Source: Zootoca vivipara
Taxonomy: Eukaryota
Direction of reading: 5' to 3'
NCBI RefSeq assembly: GCF_963506605.1
Contig: NC_083277.1
Coordinates: 27,404,001 to 27,468,000, forward strand
Length of the DNA stretch: 64,000 bases
Below the pieces are notes generated by a model that saw only the letters and a program-made list of their open reading frames with translations, was not told where the DNA came from and ran no database searches. Shown here piece by piece: positions 38,850-51,731 of this stretch (position 1 is the stretch's first letter; each line of letters opens with the position of its first letter). The position numbers and the translations under genes are program-made.

Positions 38850-39252
38850 CAGGGGTGGCCAGCTCCCAAGAGACTGCGGTCCACTCACAGAATTAAAAAC
38901 TGGCAGTGATCTACTCCTTTTTGGGGGGTTCAGCTCAAATTGTTGGGCTTTTTTAAGGAAGGGAATACCCATTTTAGGGGTTCTGGGCAAAGCTGTTGAG
39001 CCTTTTTTAGAGGGGAGGATAGCCCCTATTTTTGAGAATTCAAGCCTAAGCTTAGGGGAGAAAGGGGAACATCCACTCACCAACAGATTGCTGGGGAAAC
39101 AAACAGGCTCACTGAGTAAACTATCTTCCATTCTGTAGATCATGCAACAGTGGAGGGCATGGCTAAGGAAAGGGACCCAGCGATCGACCGTGATCTACCA
39201 AAACCTCACAGGATCTACCAGTGGATCGCAATCAACCTGTTGGACATCCCTG
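38850..39252. mobile_element. hAT-Charlie/Buster-type MITE
   Basis: Perfect TSD CACTATAC; TIR CAGGGGTGGCCA / TGGACATCCCTG; GATC-rich subtermini. Confidence 0.88.
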
Positions 39253-40393
39253 CACTATACCAATCAGATTTAGTTAAATGGCAATGGCACAAGTCAATTA
39301 AGATTGAGGGTGATGCTTTCCACCCTCACTCAGATTGAGCTAAAATTGCTTGGTTGTTGTGAGGATTAAAAGACTATAAACTTAAAGGGACAGTGCATAG
39401 GATGATTCAGATGAAGAGCCTAGATGGACCACACTGTTCTTGCATATACACCATTCCATTGAAGTTGATGGTACTGAGCAGACATGTATAAGAAGGGAGA
39501 TGTTTGCTAGGAGCACCATTTCAAGTTTCAGGGTTGGTTGTATCGATTTCAAATTGCAGTACATAATTGCATTCAAGAGCACTGGTTGTTACTTTTTATA
39601 CTTGTTTTTACATCTTAAATGTGACCTGAAGCAAGGTGGGACTAATGGTGTCCCTGGGCATTGCTTGACTAACACAGTTATAAAGTCAGCATGCCTTTAT
39701 AACTGAAATGAAGAGGATCCTATGGAGGAAAGTATATGCCTTTTCTTATATTTGTTTCTGAACTCCTGGTTATATATTAGTGCCCAACCATCTTGATAGG
39801 ATGTAGTAGTGCTTTATCAATCCATCAGAAGTTTTTTTTCTCCCCAGTGGCCACGGCAGAAAGTGAGGGGCAGGTCCTTTTTAGTGGTGGCTCCTTTCCT
39901 TCAGAATGCCCACCTGGTGCCCTTGTTACTATAATTTCAGCACCAGACATTAATGGTTAACAAAACTAAAGAATGGTTAATTGAAGCATAAGAACCCCCC
40001 CCCTTTAAAAAAAAGAAATGTCTATCTGATTTGACAGTTGCTATTTTAGCTGGTTGTGTTCATTTGCATGCCTATGTCCATTACTTTCTATTTATAGCAT
40101 GCCTTCATTGCATCTTACTACTTTGTTGGCTAACCTGGGGGATTTAAACTTAGGCTGGAGGAATGTGTGGGATATAAATCCATGCAAATAAATAAATAAA
40201 TATGTGTTTTAAAACACACATTGGGCGTTGTATATCTAATACTTTGGACTTGACATGTGACACACTTGCCAAAAATTCTGGCTTGATTTAACTCCATGTG
40301 GCAGTGACAAGACTGAGAACAATGTGCTCAATATTAAACTGGAAGACCATGTAAAAGAGGCATGCCCTATGTGCCCCTATTGTGTGAGGGGTG

Positions 40394-40396
<3 letters not shown>

Positions 40397-40432
<36 letters not shown>
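40397..40432. repeat. (TG)n microsatellite
   Basis: TG run. Confidence 0.95.
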
Positions 40433-40433
<1 letters not shown>

Positions 40434-41608
40434 ATACATGCACATGAGAAGCCTGAATGTAAAGTGTTGCAAAGACTGCCATGCTTGTGGTAGGTGAGCC
40501 AAGGACCACCCCCACCCAAAGATTTGGAAGCTGCTGCTGGAAGGATCAATGTTCGCCTTACAGCATGGCTTGCGAAAAATCGTTTCTCAGCTAATATCCT
40601 CAAGGACAAGATAGAGTCTGGTTTGGCTCTTCCAGGAGTTATTCTTGATTGCTTCGGAAAGCAATATTTTTTTTAATGGGAGGGGCTGGCTTTCGAGCGC
40701 TACCTTAAAGGACCAAATACCTAGCACATCAGTCAGCCACAAGATCATTCTCTTCTGCATGCCTCCCCCACCGCTTCCGTGTATTTCGCGGGTTTCCCGA
40801 GTCTCTGTCAAATTGGGAATTGTTTAAATGAGATAAACCTGGTTCTCTCCCCCCCCCCGAAGCACATTTTCATCTCACCCACCCACTGCAGCGCCTCAAT
40901 CTTTTCCTCTCGCCAATTATTTCATTTTCTCATAATAAGGCAAAACAGTATTTTGCATCCGAATGTAATTGTGCAAATCTTTTGCCTTTTAAGATGTGCT
41001 CCAGATTGTTGTATCCATGCAATTAAAATCTGAATGCCATAGAACTGACTTCACTAATATATTGTTGAGAGGCGTATGAGGCGTTGGCAAGACGACAACA
41101 GGAACATTCGCATTCAGCTTTAGGAGTTCAGAACGGCAATGCCTGCCTTGGTGGCTCCCCCCTGCCCTTTCATTTTAAAAGTTTCTGGTTGGCACTGCAA
41201 ATAAAAAAAAAATGCAAATAAAATGATGTTGCTAAATGCACTATTTTATTTCAAGAGGGTAGAGACTTTGTTTGCATCCCACCGGCTTGCTAATAAGATT
41301 TGTCTTGCAGAGCTCCCACGCCATGTTTAAAATCCTTTCCCCTCCAATGTACAAATATGCCTGTTCACTGTATGCCTGCTTTTAAATGAGGGAGCCTCAC
41401 ACACCTCCTGTTCATTCACTCTGTGATGTTACATTGTCGGCTTTATTTTTGAACACACACACACACACCCTGATTGTACTGCACACATTAGTACCAAAAA
41501 AAAAAATCTGTCTTGCATGGCATTTTATTCATTATGAATAAAAGACACAATTAACTCTTTTTGAATTAAAGGCATAGAGTTTTAGGGTTGTATGCAGCTT
41601 TAGTTTTA

Positions 41609-41954
41609 GGGACCCAGGTGGCGCTGTGGTTAAACCACTGAGCCTAGGGCTTGCTGATCAGAAGGTTGGCGGTTCGAATCCCTGTGACGGGGTGAGCTTC
41701 CGTTGCTTGGTCCCAGCTCCTGCCAACCTAGCAGTTCGAAAGCACGTCAAAATGCAAGTAGATAAATAGGAACCGCTACAGCGGGAAGGTAAACGGCGTT
41801 TCCATGTGCTGCTCTGGTTTGCCAGAAGCGGCTTTGTCATGCTGGCCACATGACCTGGAAGCTATACGCCAGCTCCCTCGGCCAATAATGCGAGATGAGC
41901 GCGCAACCCCAGAGTCGGTCACGACTGTACCTAATGGTCAGGGGTCCCTTTACC
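41609..41954 (+). mobile_element. Sauria SINE, full length
   Basis: Same structure as 9435; flanking repeat TATGCAGCTTT. Confidence 0.92.
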
Positions 41955-42187
41955 TTATGCAGCTTTGCATTAAGTAAGTCATTGTGTGAGTAGCATGACT
42001 TCCATTTGTGGCAGTGAGACTCCCCCCTCCTTCCCTCAGAATTTCTAAATTTGTTCTGGGGGTTCTTCCAACCCCCCAGAGAAAATCTGGGGACAGCATG
42101 GGATATGTGCAAGGAGGGAAGTCCCATTGCGCAAGTGGAAGGCATTCTACTCATGCGAAGATTTAGTTGAATACTATTTCAACTAAA

Positions 42188-42428
42188 TGTGGTGTGCCAG
42201 TGTAGTGGTTAAGAGCGGTAGACTCGTAATCTGGGGAACCGGGTTCGCGTCTCCGCTCCTCCAGATGCAGCTGCTGGGTGACCTTGGGCTAGTCACACTT
42301 CTCTGAAGTCTCTCAGCCCCACCCACCTCACAGAGTATTTGTTGTGGGGGAGGAAGGGAAAGGAGATTGTTAGCCGCTTTGAGACTCCTTTGGGTAGTGA
42401 TAAAGCGGGATATCAAATCCAAACTCTT
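42188..42428 (+). mobile_element. Squam3-like (Ther1/MIR-derived) SINE
   Basis: tRNA head TGTAGTGGTTAAGAGC...GGTTCGCGTCTCC; three near-identical copies in the window. Confidence 0.8.
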
Positions 42429-43377
42429 ACCATAAGTTTGGTATCATCAGTGCTTCCTTTTGGCTGAAGAAGAAAAGAAGGAAAAAGGTTCTGACCTCCT
42501 TTGCCTGGTCCTCGCACCGTAGTCGGCACAAAGAGTCCTTGAGAAAGAGTACTTTGCAGAATGCTGCTTTTATTCTAAAAATAATCTTCTTCTCCGATTA
42601 CGACCGACACCTTTTATGCATATCAAACGCAACCAGCTTTCTACCATCTGACCAACCCATCATACACAGTCAGTGACCACTCTATATATACAGGCATATG
42701 TAGGTGAAAGGTTTCATGAGTCATGCAGGCTTTGCCGATTCTTTGTAGCCTGCTGACTCATACTGATTCACTTCCTTTTATATATATATTTTAAAAGAGT
42801 GGCTAATTTTAAGCTGTGACATAATAGTCCTGCTGGATGGGGCCAAATGTCCACCTGGTCCAGCATTTGGTATTCAGCAGTGGAGAACCAGTGGCCTTGT
42901 GCCACGATTCCTACTCTAGTAGCCTGGATCCCAACACAAAGGATTAAAAGGTCGTGAGCCAGGAGAGCCGAGTTGTGCATCTGGCTTCATGCTCAGTGCC
43001 TGTCTCTAACAATCAAGTATCTCAAAGCTGAACTAGAAATCCTGAGCCAACATTTCCAGAGACTTCAAGTCTCAAGGGACTCGTCTCTTCACCCTCTGTT
43101 TCTCCCCATCATGCCACATCTTTGCCCTCAGGACCTTGTCACTGCAGACAATGTGCCCAGTGGACAACAGAGGAGATTTCCAGGCCATATGATTGCCTGC
43201 TTAAGGTTCTCCTCTGTTTAAGAAGGGACCAGAGCCTGGTTGTTGGAGGAAGTTGCTAGCTCCCAGTGCTCTGTCCAGGGTACTGAAAGGCCTGTCATTC
43301 ACCACTGTTGCTCTCTGACATCTTTTTAGAAATATACCAGACTCCATTGCTCCTCTTAGGTGTTCTAGTATTCTGAA

Positions 43378-43934
43378 CTTAAAATTAAAAGACATCTGCT
43401 TCTTGGGAGAAAAGCAATGACAAACCTAGACAGCATCTTAAAAAGCAGAGACATCACCTTGCCGACAAAGGTCCGTATAGTTAAAGCTATGGTTTTCCCA
43501 GTAGTGATGTATGGAAGTGAGAGCTGGACCATAAAGAAGGCTGATCGCCAAAGAATTGATGCTTTTGAATTATGGTGCTGGAGGAGACTCTTGAGAGTCC
43601 CATGGACTGCAAGAAGATCAAACCTATCCATTCTTAAGGAAATCAGCCCTGAGTGCTCCCTGGAAGGACAGATCGTGAAGCTGAGGCTCCAATACTTTGG
43701 CCACCACATGAGAAGAGAAGAATCCTTGGAAAAGACCCTGATGTTGGGAAAGATTGAGGGCACTAGGAGATGGGGACGACAGAGGACGAGATGGTTGGAC
43801 AGTGTTCTCGAAGCTACGAACATGAGTTTGACCAAACTGCGGGAGGCAGTGCAAGACAGGAGTGCCTGGGGTGCTCTGGTCCATGGGGTCACGAAGAGTC
43901 GGACACGACTAAACGACTAAACAACAACAACAAA
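43378..43934 (+). mobile_element. Bov-B (RTE) LINE, 5'-truncated
   Basis: Open 167-aa ORF2 C-terminus (43417-43920), (CAA)n tail, TSD AGTATTCTGAA. Confidence 0.95.
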
Positions 43935-44939
43935 AGTATTCTGAAAGGAGCCTAGGATAATCTGGAGGAAAGCTGCTTCATGTCACAGAAACCCATTTTG
44001 TGTCACTGATCACATGCTGTGGAGTACTCTTCCAGCAAAGACTCAGTAGGCATCCTCATTTTAGAGTTTCAGGTGTCTCTTCGATACTTTCTTAGACCTA
44101 CATACTTGTTTCAAACTGTCTTGAATATTTACTGCATTTATGTATTCCCCCTTGACTCTGGACACAGTTTAGGTAAAATAAAGAAAATGAATGCTGCTTA
44201 GTTGCTATTTCTATCGGTTTTCCCAAATAAGAGCCTTTCTATTCCAAACAACACACATAAACACAACCACGCAACATTATTAGAAATTTAACTAAATTTG
44301 AAATATATTACATAAATCCTGAAGGTGGGGATAAAGTGTTTGTTAAAGACTATTATCTTTTACTAAAAGCAGAAACTGTAGATTGTAAATGTTATATGGT
44401 AAAATGTGGAAACAGATTAACAAAGGATATTTCATGAGAGGTGTGGAAATGTTGGTTTACAAAAGGTTCAAAGTCCTTGGTTCACGTAAGGTTAAGCCTC
44501 CTCTCTCCATTTGTTGTTTTCCTAATATAAAGCACCTGTGATAGAAAACATATGTGTACAATTTGGGCTACATGCAGCTGTTTTAATTATTTTTAAAAAA
44601 TGTAGTTTTGATCACAGATCTTCTGCTGTCTCATCTAGTTGCACTTTTAATACAGAATCTTCTGATGGCTGCCAGACTGACCTTTGTCAAACCAAAGAAA
44701 AGAAAAGGGCTTCTAAAGGTCAAGAAGTTAATGTGGATTAGTAAACTGACATCATATCACAGAACAACATATCAGAGATCTTCCAATATAACAAAACAAC
44801 AACAACAACTTGTTCTTGTTAAAATATGGGAAGTTCCTGTACCCAGTATTATGTATAATGTAATGTTCATTTCAAGACTTCCTGTGTAGCTTAATTTCAA
44901 AAATACTCATGGTAATATATTGCTCCATTCTCTGTCTCT

Positions 44940-45337
44940 GGCCAAGTTCAGATGTAACAAGCCACTCCAGAAAACTGGTGCAGCAATGTGTGGAAAGCTC
45001 CTTTCTTATGCCTCCCTTTCATCCTTTCATAAACTCAGCTGTGGAGATTTCTTAAATAATTTGTATTTATGATGTCCACACTGGGAAACTGAAATGTGCT
45101 TGGGACCAATGATCTGATCCTGATTTGCAGTCCTGGTTTGGAAAGACATAACATTTTCCAGATTCAAACACCACAGGAAACTATGGTTTAAGAAAGCAAA
45201 AACTCTTCACTCAAACTAGACATGCAAGGGGAGGAAAAAGGAGATATGTGTGCTTGAGCTCAGCACTCAATTGCTTGCTTTTGGGGGGGGGGAACAACAT
45301 GATTTGTTGTAGTGGCATATTGTAGCTGAACTGGGCC
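44940..45337. mobile_element. Old MITE, possibly PIF/Harbinger-like
   Basis: TIR GGCCAAGTTCAG / CTGAACTGGGCC; 3-bp flanks TCT/TCA. Confidence 0.45.
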
Positions 45338-45784
45338 TCAGTCAGAAAAGAAAGTTTGCAAACAGATGACTGTCAGATTGAATGAAATTATTCAAAACAG
45401 AAACAAAAGAGTACAGAGAGTGGTATTTGTTTCTATGCCATCTTTTAGTGTGGTTTCAGCATGATATTTAGGTGCTGCTATATCAGAGTTTCCACTTCCC
45501 TGTCATAAATTTTGCATTATTCTGATTTAAGCAATGTGTTGACAGGCTACATTCCCACTCCATGTTTCAAATCACTGTTAGAAATTCACTCAAGAGTAAA
45601 TTTAGCTTTGTCTGCTTTGATGAAATTTGTTGGATGGTGTGATATTTGTGTTTGAGGATTGCATGGCATTTTCTCTGCATGGATGTAATACCCAGATAGA
45701 AAACTCTCATACATGAAGTGTGGCATGAATTCATTTATCTGCAGCTACAAGCATTGAACAGCCAATACTTCTATCATTTCTAGA

Positions 45785-45793
45785 CAGATAGAT

Positions 45794-45844
<51 letters not shown>

Positions 45845-45845
45845 C
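45785..45845. repeat. (AGAT)n microsatellite
   Basis: AGAT run. Confidence 0.95.
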
Positions 45846-46079
45846 TGATACATCTCATTTTTAATTGGGCAGAGACTGGGCTGGTTTGGATGATCATATG
45901 AACAAGCCTTGTGGGTGTGCAGACAGCTCTCCACTCTTCCCTTTGCAGTGAGAGTGAACAAGCCAAGAACTCCTCAGTTAACTACAGTGCCCCATTTCCT
46001 CTGAACTGGGAAACCATGGTTAGTAGCTTCAGGACAAGGCAGGATATGAAACTATGTGTGGCGTTTGCCTAGGAAGAGA

Positions 46080-46645
46080 GTGATGTAATCCCCAGTATGT
46101 ATGTGAAAGGGTTTAATGTAAAGCCAATGAGAACCCAGGGGGCGGAGTCAGCGAGAGTATAAAACAAGCCTGGGGGGGGGGAGTTGAGATATAGATGAGG
46201 AGATGAGTTAGATGAGAGAGGGAGATGAGATGATGAGAGAAGAGATAAGATAAGAGATGAGAAGAGAGAGTTGTGGTTGTTGAGCTGAGGGGAGTCTGTG
46301 GGTTGGTTTGAGCTGTGTGAGAAAGTAAATCTGAGTCAGTGATGGTCAGCATCTGAAAGGAACAGATAAGAACCTGGGCAGTTCTGGTTGGGAACTGGGA
46401 GGCGGTTGGTTGAATTGTGATCTTGTGAGTGGAAGTATAGGCCGGTATAGGAACTAAGTTAATATATTGACTGAACAGCATCTTTGAAACCATATGCTTG
46501 TTATACTTGTAAGAAATAAACTGAAATTTGTGTTCACTTTAACAACCCTGACGGGACCCAGTGATTACCAGGAAGTACCTGGTTGGTGGCAGTGAGTTAC
46601 CGTGGTCAATCGACCATGAAACGTCCGGGGGTCCCTGTGTGATCT
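46080..46645 (+). mobile_element. LTR-like remnant (Gypsy-type) with promoter architecture
   Basis: CCAAT (about 46124), GGGGCGGAG (about 46139), TATAAAA (about 46158) and AATAAA (about 46515) in LTR order; TG...CA termini not clean. Confidence 0.6.
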
Positions 46646-47789
46646 ATGGCTTGAAGTTGAATCAATATCCTGGCTTTTCCTGAAGCCACTAACAACACCT
46701 TCTAGGAAGGAAGGCAGGCAGGGAGGGAGATGACCGCTCCTATTTTTGACTTTGTGCCACCCACCACTGGCCTCATCCATGGCAGGTTATCTCTGAATGT
46801 AGGCAGTTCTCAACAGAAACAACAACAAAAAAAGAGTTTCTCATCCCTGCTTTAGATGTGGTTGGAATTGTGAAATCTCTGGCATTGCACGCCATGAGAA
46901 AAACAGATTTGTGAAAAGGGTGGGCTAACAACGTAGAGAATCAGCACATGTTTCTGTGTGTTCTACCCCTGTAGAACCAGTTTTTGTTGGTAGGTCAAAA
47001 CATTTACAGTAGGAGCCATATACGCTGCAACTGTCCAATAGAAATTCAAAGCTAAACTCCCAGAGCCCGGTTTCCCTTGTCTAAATGACGGTGCTTAGTC
47101 AGGGAGAGGCAGAAAATATTACTTTAATAGAAACATTTGATTGAAGAAGAAGAAGAAACTTCTATCAGCTAGTTAGATGTGCAGATATATTTCCTCAGTG
47201 ACCTTTGCAATGCTGGTACACCAAGCTGCTGGCAGCTGTAATTGTCTTTCACTCTTTAGGATGATCACTACTGCACTTTGCTAAAGCCCACTCTTTTTTA
47301 TAATATTGATTGGATAAACAACTCTTGCTGAGAATCACACAATAAGAGTTACCACTGATAAATCAGGAGGAGTTCTGCATGGGCAGGAAGCTTTCAGCCA
47401 AGGACAATGTACCTCACTAATTTATAGACTACATCGGAGTTTCCCAAATATTGTGGTTATTTTTTTTGGGGGGGGGGGCAGCCAGGGAAAGCATGTTACC
47501 ATAAAAGGAATGCTACTGGTTTTGGAGGTTAGAGGAACACATCTCAATTCTTTTTCTGTGATCCAGAAGCTCACTCTTTCCGCCCTTCTCTGGTCAAGTG
47601 ATCCACAGCCATGAATGTCATATTTTACTGGTGGATCCTACTGGAGCAAGAAATGCTACAAAGCATAGAACTGGACTCTTGTCTCCAAATTCTGTAAACC
47701 TGATAGAGGGGGGGAAAACTCTCTGCACACATTTTCCACAATGCAGATTATTTCTTACACATATTTCTAGGGGGTGGGGTGGGCCCCAA

Positions 47790-48205
47790 CTACAAAGCCC
47801 GAAACCTTTCCTTGTAGGAAATGTGTTCCAACCACTCCATTGTATGGGCTGTTTTTTGCTGCACCTTTTCCAATTCTGCAATATCTTCTTTGAGTCGGGG
47901 TCTCTAGGTGGTCCTTGTCTTGCAGGCTTCCCAATTTATTGAACTTGATGGCCTCTTTGACATACAGAGGCACACCATCTCTCAAATGGTACCAGCTTGG
48001 GTGGCTTTACAATAGGGTTAGACAAATCCATGGAGGTAAAGAAGACCAGTGGCTACCAGCCTTGATGGTTATGCTCTGCCTCCATAATTGGAGACAGTCT
48101 GCTTCTGCATAAAAGTAGCCACCTGGTTGGCCATTGTGAGAATGGGATACTGCACTAGATAGGCCACTTGCTTGATCCAGCAGGCTCTCCTTATGTTCTT
48201 ACATG
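47790..48205. mobile_element. Degenerate CR1 fragments (minus-strand ORF2 piece; plus-strand 3' tail)
   Basis: KEDIAELEKVQ-like translation on the minus strand; GATCCAGCAGGCTC..CTTATGTTCTTA tail. Confidence 0.6.
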
Positions 48206-48705
48206 TGTCTCTGATCCCTTTTTAATTTGTATTTGTATCCAAATAGAATTTGTATCCAAGGACAACCATATCCCACTGAGTTACTCCGTTCTACTAGCCT
48301 TCTGTTTTGCCCACCATACTTATGTTCTCATTTACACTCAAGCATTCAAGTTGGCTCAGAGGCTTCTACTAATAGCATTTGAACACTTACACATTGTCCC
48401 CCTTTCCAGAGGTCTCTGGCATGTAGCTTTCTCCCTATGGCCCTTCAGTATCTTTGACTGGCTATCCCATTCTGCCATACATTTGTTGCCATGCCCTTTA
48501 CCATTACACATTTGGCTGATCTGGAACGTTTACATGCATATCTCTAGAGACAATTCATCCTGAACTAGGTACTCCTCAGCTCCCATTGAATCAAAATGGC
48601 AGAACTTAAACAGACCTGGGACTGATCAGATGAGATACCTCCTGGGAACCTTAGGCCGGCTGTCTTGATGTCCATGAGAGAGGAATAAGTGATATCTAAA
48701 ATGTA

Positions 48706-48802
48706 TCTGAAGAAGTGTGCATGCACACGAAAGCTTACACCAAGAACAAATTTAGTTGGTCTCTAAGGTGCTACTAGACATTTTTTTAATTTTTATTTAT
48801 AT
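48706..48802 (+). mobile_element. Solo Penelope pseudo-LTR mini-copy with hammerhead motif
   Basis: CTGAAGAAGTGTGCATGCACACGAAAGCTT; 14-bp direct repeat ATATCTAAAATGTA at 48692 and 48803. Confidence 0.88.
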
Positions 48803-48819
48803 ATATCTAAAATGTAATA

Positions 48820-49098
48820 CAGTAGTTCATTTTATGCAGAGGTTCGAACCCAAGGTTTATGCATATCTGCAAAAATCACATGTAGTCAAGCCCTTGGAGA
48901 TACCCTATGTCAAGTGTGTGAAGGGGAAGAGAGAGTACATCCCAGAGCCTTCCAGAACTAGACAAGGCAGAGAGCATAAAAGCTCTTCTTGAGCTGGGTA
49001 ACCCAAGCAGACCCAATATGAAAAGATCTCCACCTTGTTTCAGACTGTGTATGGTTGAAACTGTGCAAATCAAATGCATGTAAGATGAGGGATTACTG
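48820..49098. mobile_element. Old Tc1/mariner-pogo MITE
   Basis: TA|CAGTAG...TTACTG|TA ends. Confidence 0.5.
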
Positions 49099-49103
49099 TA
49101 CAT

Positions 49104-49534
49104 AAAGGGTGTCCAAGAGGTCGATCACAATCGACAGGTCGATCCCTGGATGATCGTGGTCAATCGCAAGATCCTTATCACTTGTGTTGTTTAGAATCAT
49201 GTCTCCGCCCCCTGCACCCATTGGTCTTTCCCTGTGTCGCGTTCAGTGTGCGTTCCTTTGTTGTCTGCTGTAGCACTGCGTTTGTCTGTTAGCAGCTGTG
49301 TTGTCGGTGAGCGATTTACATTAATTCTGCACACTTACTGTTTTTAAAAAGGTCAACAAGTTTGGGAAGCGTCCCTCTAAAAAAAAGCTCAACAACTTTG
49401 ACCTGCTCCCCTAAAAAAGGCAAAAGGCTCTACAACTTTGGTCTGTCCACCCCTCCCCCTGGAAAAAAGGGTAGATCACTGCCATTCCCTCCCCCAGGAG
49501 TAGATTGCAGTCTCTTGGGAGTTGGACATCCCTG
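49104..49534. mobile_element. hAT-Charlie/Buster-type MITE (family of 38850, inverted)
   Basis: Perfect TSD CTGTACAT; end GCAGTCTCTTGGGAGTTGGACATCCCTG. Confidence 0.85.
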
Positions 49535-49823
49535 CTGTACATCAATAAAATGTAAAACAACCTTCACAAGGCTCTTATGAGCATCAACTTGATCAATGCA
49601 CATGCAAACACACACAAAATGCACACCACACCAGAGTTCACAGGAGGCTGCTCGGACGGCTTTAAAAGAGAATTAGATATGGAGAAGAGGGTAATTGAGT
49701 GCTACTACCCATGATGGTTGGAGGAAGCAACTCTTCTGAATACCATTTGCTGGAGGCCACAGGACAGAATAATGCTCTTGCGCTTGAATCCTGCTTGTGG
49801 GTTTTCCACAGGCATCTGTTTGT

Positions 49824-50050
49824 CCAGTGTGGTGTAGTGGTTAAGAGCGGTAGTCTCGTAATCTGGGGAACCGGGTTCGAGTCTCCGCTCCTCCACATGC
49901 AGCTGCTGGGTGACCTTGGGCTAGTCACACTTCTTTGAAGTCTCTCAGCCCCACTCACCTCACAGAGTGTTTGTTGTGGGGGAGGAAGGGAAAGGAGAAT
50001 GTTAGCCGCTTTGAGACACCCTAGGGTAGTGATAAAGCAGGATATCAAAT
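49824..50050 (+). mobile_element. Squam3-like SINE inserted in an old CR1 3' tail
   Basis: Near-identical to 42188-42428. Confidence 0.8.
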
Positions 50051-51489
50051 GGACGAGATGAAGCAATGGCCTGATTGAGCAGGCTCTTCTTATATTCTCC
50101 TTGAAAGAAGGGTAGGATATAACTGGGATAAACAAATGTACACAGATTTTGTTATTTTTGCCTACACAATAAGTGCAGGAAAAACATACCATTTGAAGTA
50201 GTCCTTAACGGAAGGCAAAACTGAATACATCTTTTCCTGCCTGTGGATAGCATTCATCGGCGTGCCAGCCTCCTTGTAGACTTCTGGGTGGGGGGGGGGG
50301 AGAAGAAAAGCTCTCGCCCTCCAATCTCAGTTCCATTGTGTGTGCAGTCGATTCCCTTGATTTCAATGGGAGTGACTTCTTCTGAATGGGCTTTGGATGG
50401 GGGATAGGAGGGCTGGCGAAACCTGACTGCTCCCATTGTGCCTCAGCGACGGGAAGCCCGTACTCCAGAGAGTACTGCAGCCATCATCCAGTAACAATGA
50501 ATGCCTAATCAAGGAGCTTTGTGTCGAAAAGCATGTGGGCTCCCCTGTGACCTTTCTTCTCTTTCCTTTGTGCTCCCACTTAGGCAGCCTCAGCTAGCAA
50601 AGCTGCGTTTGGGGGGCTCAACTTGCGCTACACGCAGATCGCAGTCGGCGGCAAAGTGACTCCTCCCTCTCCGCCCCCCCCCCAATCTCTCCTTTGATTC
50701 GACACAGATCATTAAGTGCTGCGCTTTTGTTCCCAACCCTCCTGACTCTAAGAATTGGCTAACTGTACACACTGCGAAAGAGATCGCCTCACGCTGCTCA
50801 AACCTAAGGAGGCTTTTATTGGACTTTCATGCTAAATAACTTTAAAGGTGCCCCCCGCTGCTTTTATATACATTTTAAATGCTTAAAAATATATATCCAA
50901 AAATATGCCTTAATAGCTCACTTTCAGAGCATACAGCCTCACACTAGGAAAGTGCCCCATTAGGGCTATTTATCCCCTTTTCCTGAAGCTCCACAGAGAG
51001 ACAGCTGTTTATTTGGCTTTTGTAAAAGACACCTTTGGTTTGTGGGGGTTTTTCCCCCTCCTATTACTATTGCATTTATTCGTTATTACATTTATATCTC
51101 ACCTTTCCTCCCAGGAGCACAAGGTGGGATATTGGCGAATTTGGGGAAACTGGTGAAATTGCACCAAGTGCTTGTCCTGAGAAGCCCATCTGCCATGTCT
51201 GGATTCTGTTTAGAGTTAGCATGTCAGTTGCACTGGGTGGCTTAGAAACAGTCCGTGGTTAATTGCCTGGGAAGAGGTTTTGCTTAATGCAAGGAAACAT
51301 GGTAAAATGCTAGTGGATCCCTCTGTATACCTGTATCTTTGCAAGGTTTACATCTAAGAACTGTATTATAATCAAATATTTCATGATGTATCAGCATCTC
51401 TTGAGCCATAAACTTGATACTCTAAACTGAACTGAGTGAGAAAGGGGCCTTGACTCATAAGCCCCTAAAAAGGCCCCTGCATTGACTTT

Positions 51490-51607
51490 TGTTGTTGTTT
51501 AGTCGTTTAGTCATGTCCGACTCTTCATGACCCCATGGACCAGAGCAGGCCAAGCACTCCTGTGTTCCACTGCCTCCCGCAATTTGGTCAGACTCATGTT
51601 GGTAGCA
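51490..51607 (-). mobile_element. Bov-B 3' terminal ~118 bp abutting the Penelope 3' end
   Basis: (GTT)n-TTAGTCGTTTAGTCATGTCCGACTC matches the other Bov-B ends. Confidence 0.9.
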
Positions 51608-51693
51608 GGTAGGTAGCCGTGTTGGTCTGGATCGAAGTAAAATAAAAAAATTCCTTCAGTAGCACCTTAAAGACCAACTAAGTTTTTATTTTG

Positions 51694-51731
51694 GTATGAG
51701 CTTTCGTGTGCATGCACACTTCTTCAGATAC
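51694..51731 (-). ncRNA. Minimal type I hammerhead ribozyme in the Penelope pseudo-LTR
   Basis: Minus strand GUAU-CUGAAGA-A-GUGUGCAUGCACAC-GAAAGCUC^-AUAC. Confidence 0.82.
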
